A stretch of 63,705 nucleotides of DNA, counting the filler, from Fonticula-like sp. SCN 57-25 (Eukaryota), in NCBI GenBank assembly GCA_001724245.1. It is 3 parts of 3 records of this genome, joined end to end, with 100 filler letters (N's around TTAATTAATTAA, not from the genome) between each part and the next. Parts side by side here need not be neighbours in the genome. Positions count along the whole stretch, not along the records: positions 51,389 to 63,705 come from MEDX01000187.1; 2 more parts are not named here. The stretch is one strand, 5' to 3'. The notes below the pieces were generated by a model that was given only the letters and a program-made list of their open reading frames with translations, was not told the origin of the DNA and made no database searches. The first letter of the stretch is position 1, and each line of letters begins with the position of its first letter. The position numbers and the translations under genes are program-made. Positions 61,644 through 63,705 of this stretch are shown in pieces.

Positions 61644-61649
61644 TTTTTT
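61644..61649 (+). terminator. Pol III T6 terminator
   Basis: TTTTTT begins 3 nt after the tRNA discriminator base. Confidence 0.7.
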
Positions 61650-61844
61650 CATGCAATGCTAGGTTTAGATCAGGAGGAGGATTGTTTCTTTTGCTTTTTT
61701 ATTGTTTATGTTTGAAACTCCGCGCGGGCACCTGGCTCTTGAATTCGCTCATGGGACAGCTGCTGCTGCATGCTTTTTCAGATAGTTTATTGAATACAAA
61801 GGGGGTGAGAAATTGTCTGTGTATATCTTTTGTACAGAGTGCAA

Positions 61845-63185
61845 TTAGTCGATCCATTTGAGCGAACCTACCAGCAGGGGCTGCTTGGGGATCCTACCGT
61901 TGACCGGAGCAAGGACGCTAATTCTGCTCTTTGCAATGTCCACCTCGTCAACAAAGAGAAATCCCTGCGACGGCGCCCCGATGAGTTCATCCGTGTTTGT
62001 AGTGGAGGAGACGCTGATGACGCGATGCAAAAGGTCGGCCGACGGCGTGAGGGGGAGGCACTTTGTCTCGTCAATCTTCCTTGTCTTTCCAATGGGCAGC
62101 GCAGTGGATGGTGCGACATTCGCTTGCCCGTTGTGGAAGAGGCTCAAGTCCGAAAATGGGATCGTCGCGCGTCGGGGGTAGAGCTCGCCGTCTCGCCCAT
62201 AAAAGTAGGCGCGAATGCTCCCATTCCGCTGCTGCTTCCTAAAGCGCGAATCACGGTTCACACTGCCTCCGCTGCGCGTGAGCCTGATAATATTGACCGG
62301 CGGCGACTGCTGCTGCGGGTCCGACCCTTGGGAGTTTTGAAAATCGCGCTGCAGTTCACTGTGAAGGCGCTCGTCGCCGAGTACGAGGATCGTGTCCACC
62401 TGAAATGCGTGCACCGCATGGACAATGGCTTGATAGCCAATGCCCTCCGTGAAACCGCACGTGTTGATGATCACGCCGCTCGCCTGCGCGTCAGCATCCA
62501 CGTCGAGCTTGCCCACCACCTGGCGCGCGAGCGACGACAACAGCGTCATGTACAGCTTGGAGTTTTCAGACGGCGAAGTGTGGCCATAGTAGTACACTAG
62601 AGGCACAAGAGAGTCGTAGGCCGTCTGTGCGTCAAGCAGGCGCTCGACCGTGGCCGCGCAGAGCGTGCCAGGGATGCTGATCGAGCCAACCCCAACGTCA
62701 AGATCAACGTAAGTGACGCGACGACCGTGACGAAAAGCGTAATTGAGAAGAATGCGGCAGCAGCTCGACTTGCCAACGTCCATGGGACCTACAACGAGCA
62801 CGCGGGGACCACGCGAGCCCGACGCTGCAGCCTGCGTCCTCAGACCTTCCAGGGCCAGATGCAGGTTTAGATACAGCGCCATCTGAGTGTCCTCGGCAAC
62901 GTAGACATGAAGACAGTCCCCGGCCACAGAGAGCGTGCACCCATGATACGTAAATATTGACTGCTTGCACATAGAGAAGCTGTACTCCACACCCAGCGCA
63001 AGTTCCGCGCCAAAAAGTTCGCCAAGGCCGGAAACGAGTGTGATCTTCACCGGACTTTCTCCGACCTCAAAACGAAGTTCCTGCCCCGACTCTAACGTGT
63101 ATTCAATCTTTTTGGGCTCCTATCATGCGGTACCCACGTTAGTATTGGGAAAATGCAGGCGGAGGCGACGCACCGCTGACGACAT
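61845..63185 (-). CDS. CLP1: Clp1 polynucleotide 5'-kinase / cleavage factor
   Basis: ELRFEV, ELFGAEL, IFTYHGC, Walker A GPMDVGKS, DLDVGVG, PLVYYYG and INTCG. One intron near the start. Confidence 0.95.
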
Positions 63186-63388
63186 GATGTTGGATGCCGC
63201 TGTCGCACAAGGCGAAAAAACAACCAATCAACAGTGGTGAATTAACCGCTAAATTCGCGCTTTGACCAATAGCGATCTTGCAACACTGTTTTAATTGTAA
63301 TAACATTGGTAATATGGAGAATGTTATTGTACAAATGCGCTATCCATACATGCATAATTAAATACAATTCGTACAACCCTCCCCGTCT

Positions 63389-63705
63389 TCAATTGGTCTC
63401 CTCAGTGTGCGACTCTGACCAGGTGATTGACGGCTTCGCATCCATGAGAAGCGTGGTGTCTTCCATGGAATGGCCAGTGAAAGTCTCCGGACCCGAAGAC
63501 GGAAGCGATGAGTTTGACATCGATGCCTCAGCTGCGCTAGCCTCGCTTGGGATTGTTACACTTGATACGGTCATCGGCGATGACGTCGTGATTGGCCGTG
63601 CCGGAGTGGCCGGCGTCGCCTTCGTAATTGGCGTCGCCTTCGTAATTGGCGTCGCCTTCGTAATTGGCGCCGGCGTGGTTATCGGCACTGGCGTGGTCAT
63701 TGCTG
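63389..63705 (-). CDS. C-terminal part of a Thr/Pro/Ser-rich (mucin-like) protein, truncated by the window edge
   Basis: Open frame running to the window edge, with TPITKA repeats. Confidence 0.55.
   Translation of the reverse strand, partial: AMTTPVPITTPAPITKATPITKATPITKATPATPARPITTSSPMTVSSVTIPSEASAAEASMSNSSLPSSGPETFTGHSMEDTTLLMDAKPSITWSESHTEETN
63612..63665 (-). repeat. 3 x 18-bp perfect coding repeat (ITKATP)
   Basis: ggcgtcgccttcgtaatt x3. Confidence 0.9.

Noticed and set aside
61710-61730. GTTTGAAACTCCGCGCGGGCA resembles a tRNA T-loop plus 3' acceptor strand, raising the idea of a split or permuted tRNA
   Set aside because: No matching 5' half, D arm or BHB motif was found. At most it is a decayed duplicate, or chance.
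50199-63185. Apparent tRNA-processing cluster (TSEN15, tRNA-Lys, CLP1, plus ELP3 further left)
   Set aside because: TSEN15 and ELP3 are on a different contig from CLP1 and the tRNA. Only the tRNA-CLP1 adjacency is real.

Overview
This is gene-dense nuclear DNA from a unicellular eukaryote, probably opisthokont- or amorphean-like (it carries Rab32, KIF21, HDAC8 and a Cbl-type SH2). It uses the standard genetic code and has many short spliceosomal introns with GTRCGY donors and CTRAC branch points. The window is three unrelated contigs joined by two artificial 100-nt N44-TTAATTAATTAA-N44 linkers (25688-25787 and 51289-51388). About 35 genes were reconstructed by eye, mostly housekeeping: CUL4, DCN1, ABCG, KIF21, CEPT/EPT, RPF1, ELP3, HDAC8, U2AF1, PRP3, kexin, Rab32 and CLP1. 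There is also a decayed L1/Tx1 LINE and a tRNA-Lys(UUU). Six observations stand out. (1) A tandem array of five genes shares an intron-bounded ubiquitin-like header with swapped C-termini, a Crinkler-like design, and sits next to a WD40-coiled coil-SAM-SAM gene with blade-delimiting introns. (2) The nuclear tRNA-Lys is intact except at acceptor positions 1-3, the pattern seen with 5' tRNA editing. (3) A TPT-family transporter is fused to a degenerate polysaccharide pyruvyltransferase domain. (4) There is a RING-less Cbl-TKB protein whose helical bundle looks MLKL-like. (5) Three perfect ChoRE-type CACGTG-N5-CACGTG elements occur in promoter-like DNA. (6) A 16-19 nt element lies just upstream of the ATG of three unrelated genes. 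All protein calls come from recalled motifs, not database searches, and exon boundaries are manual predictions.
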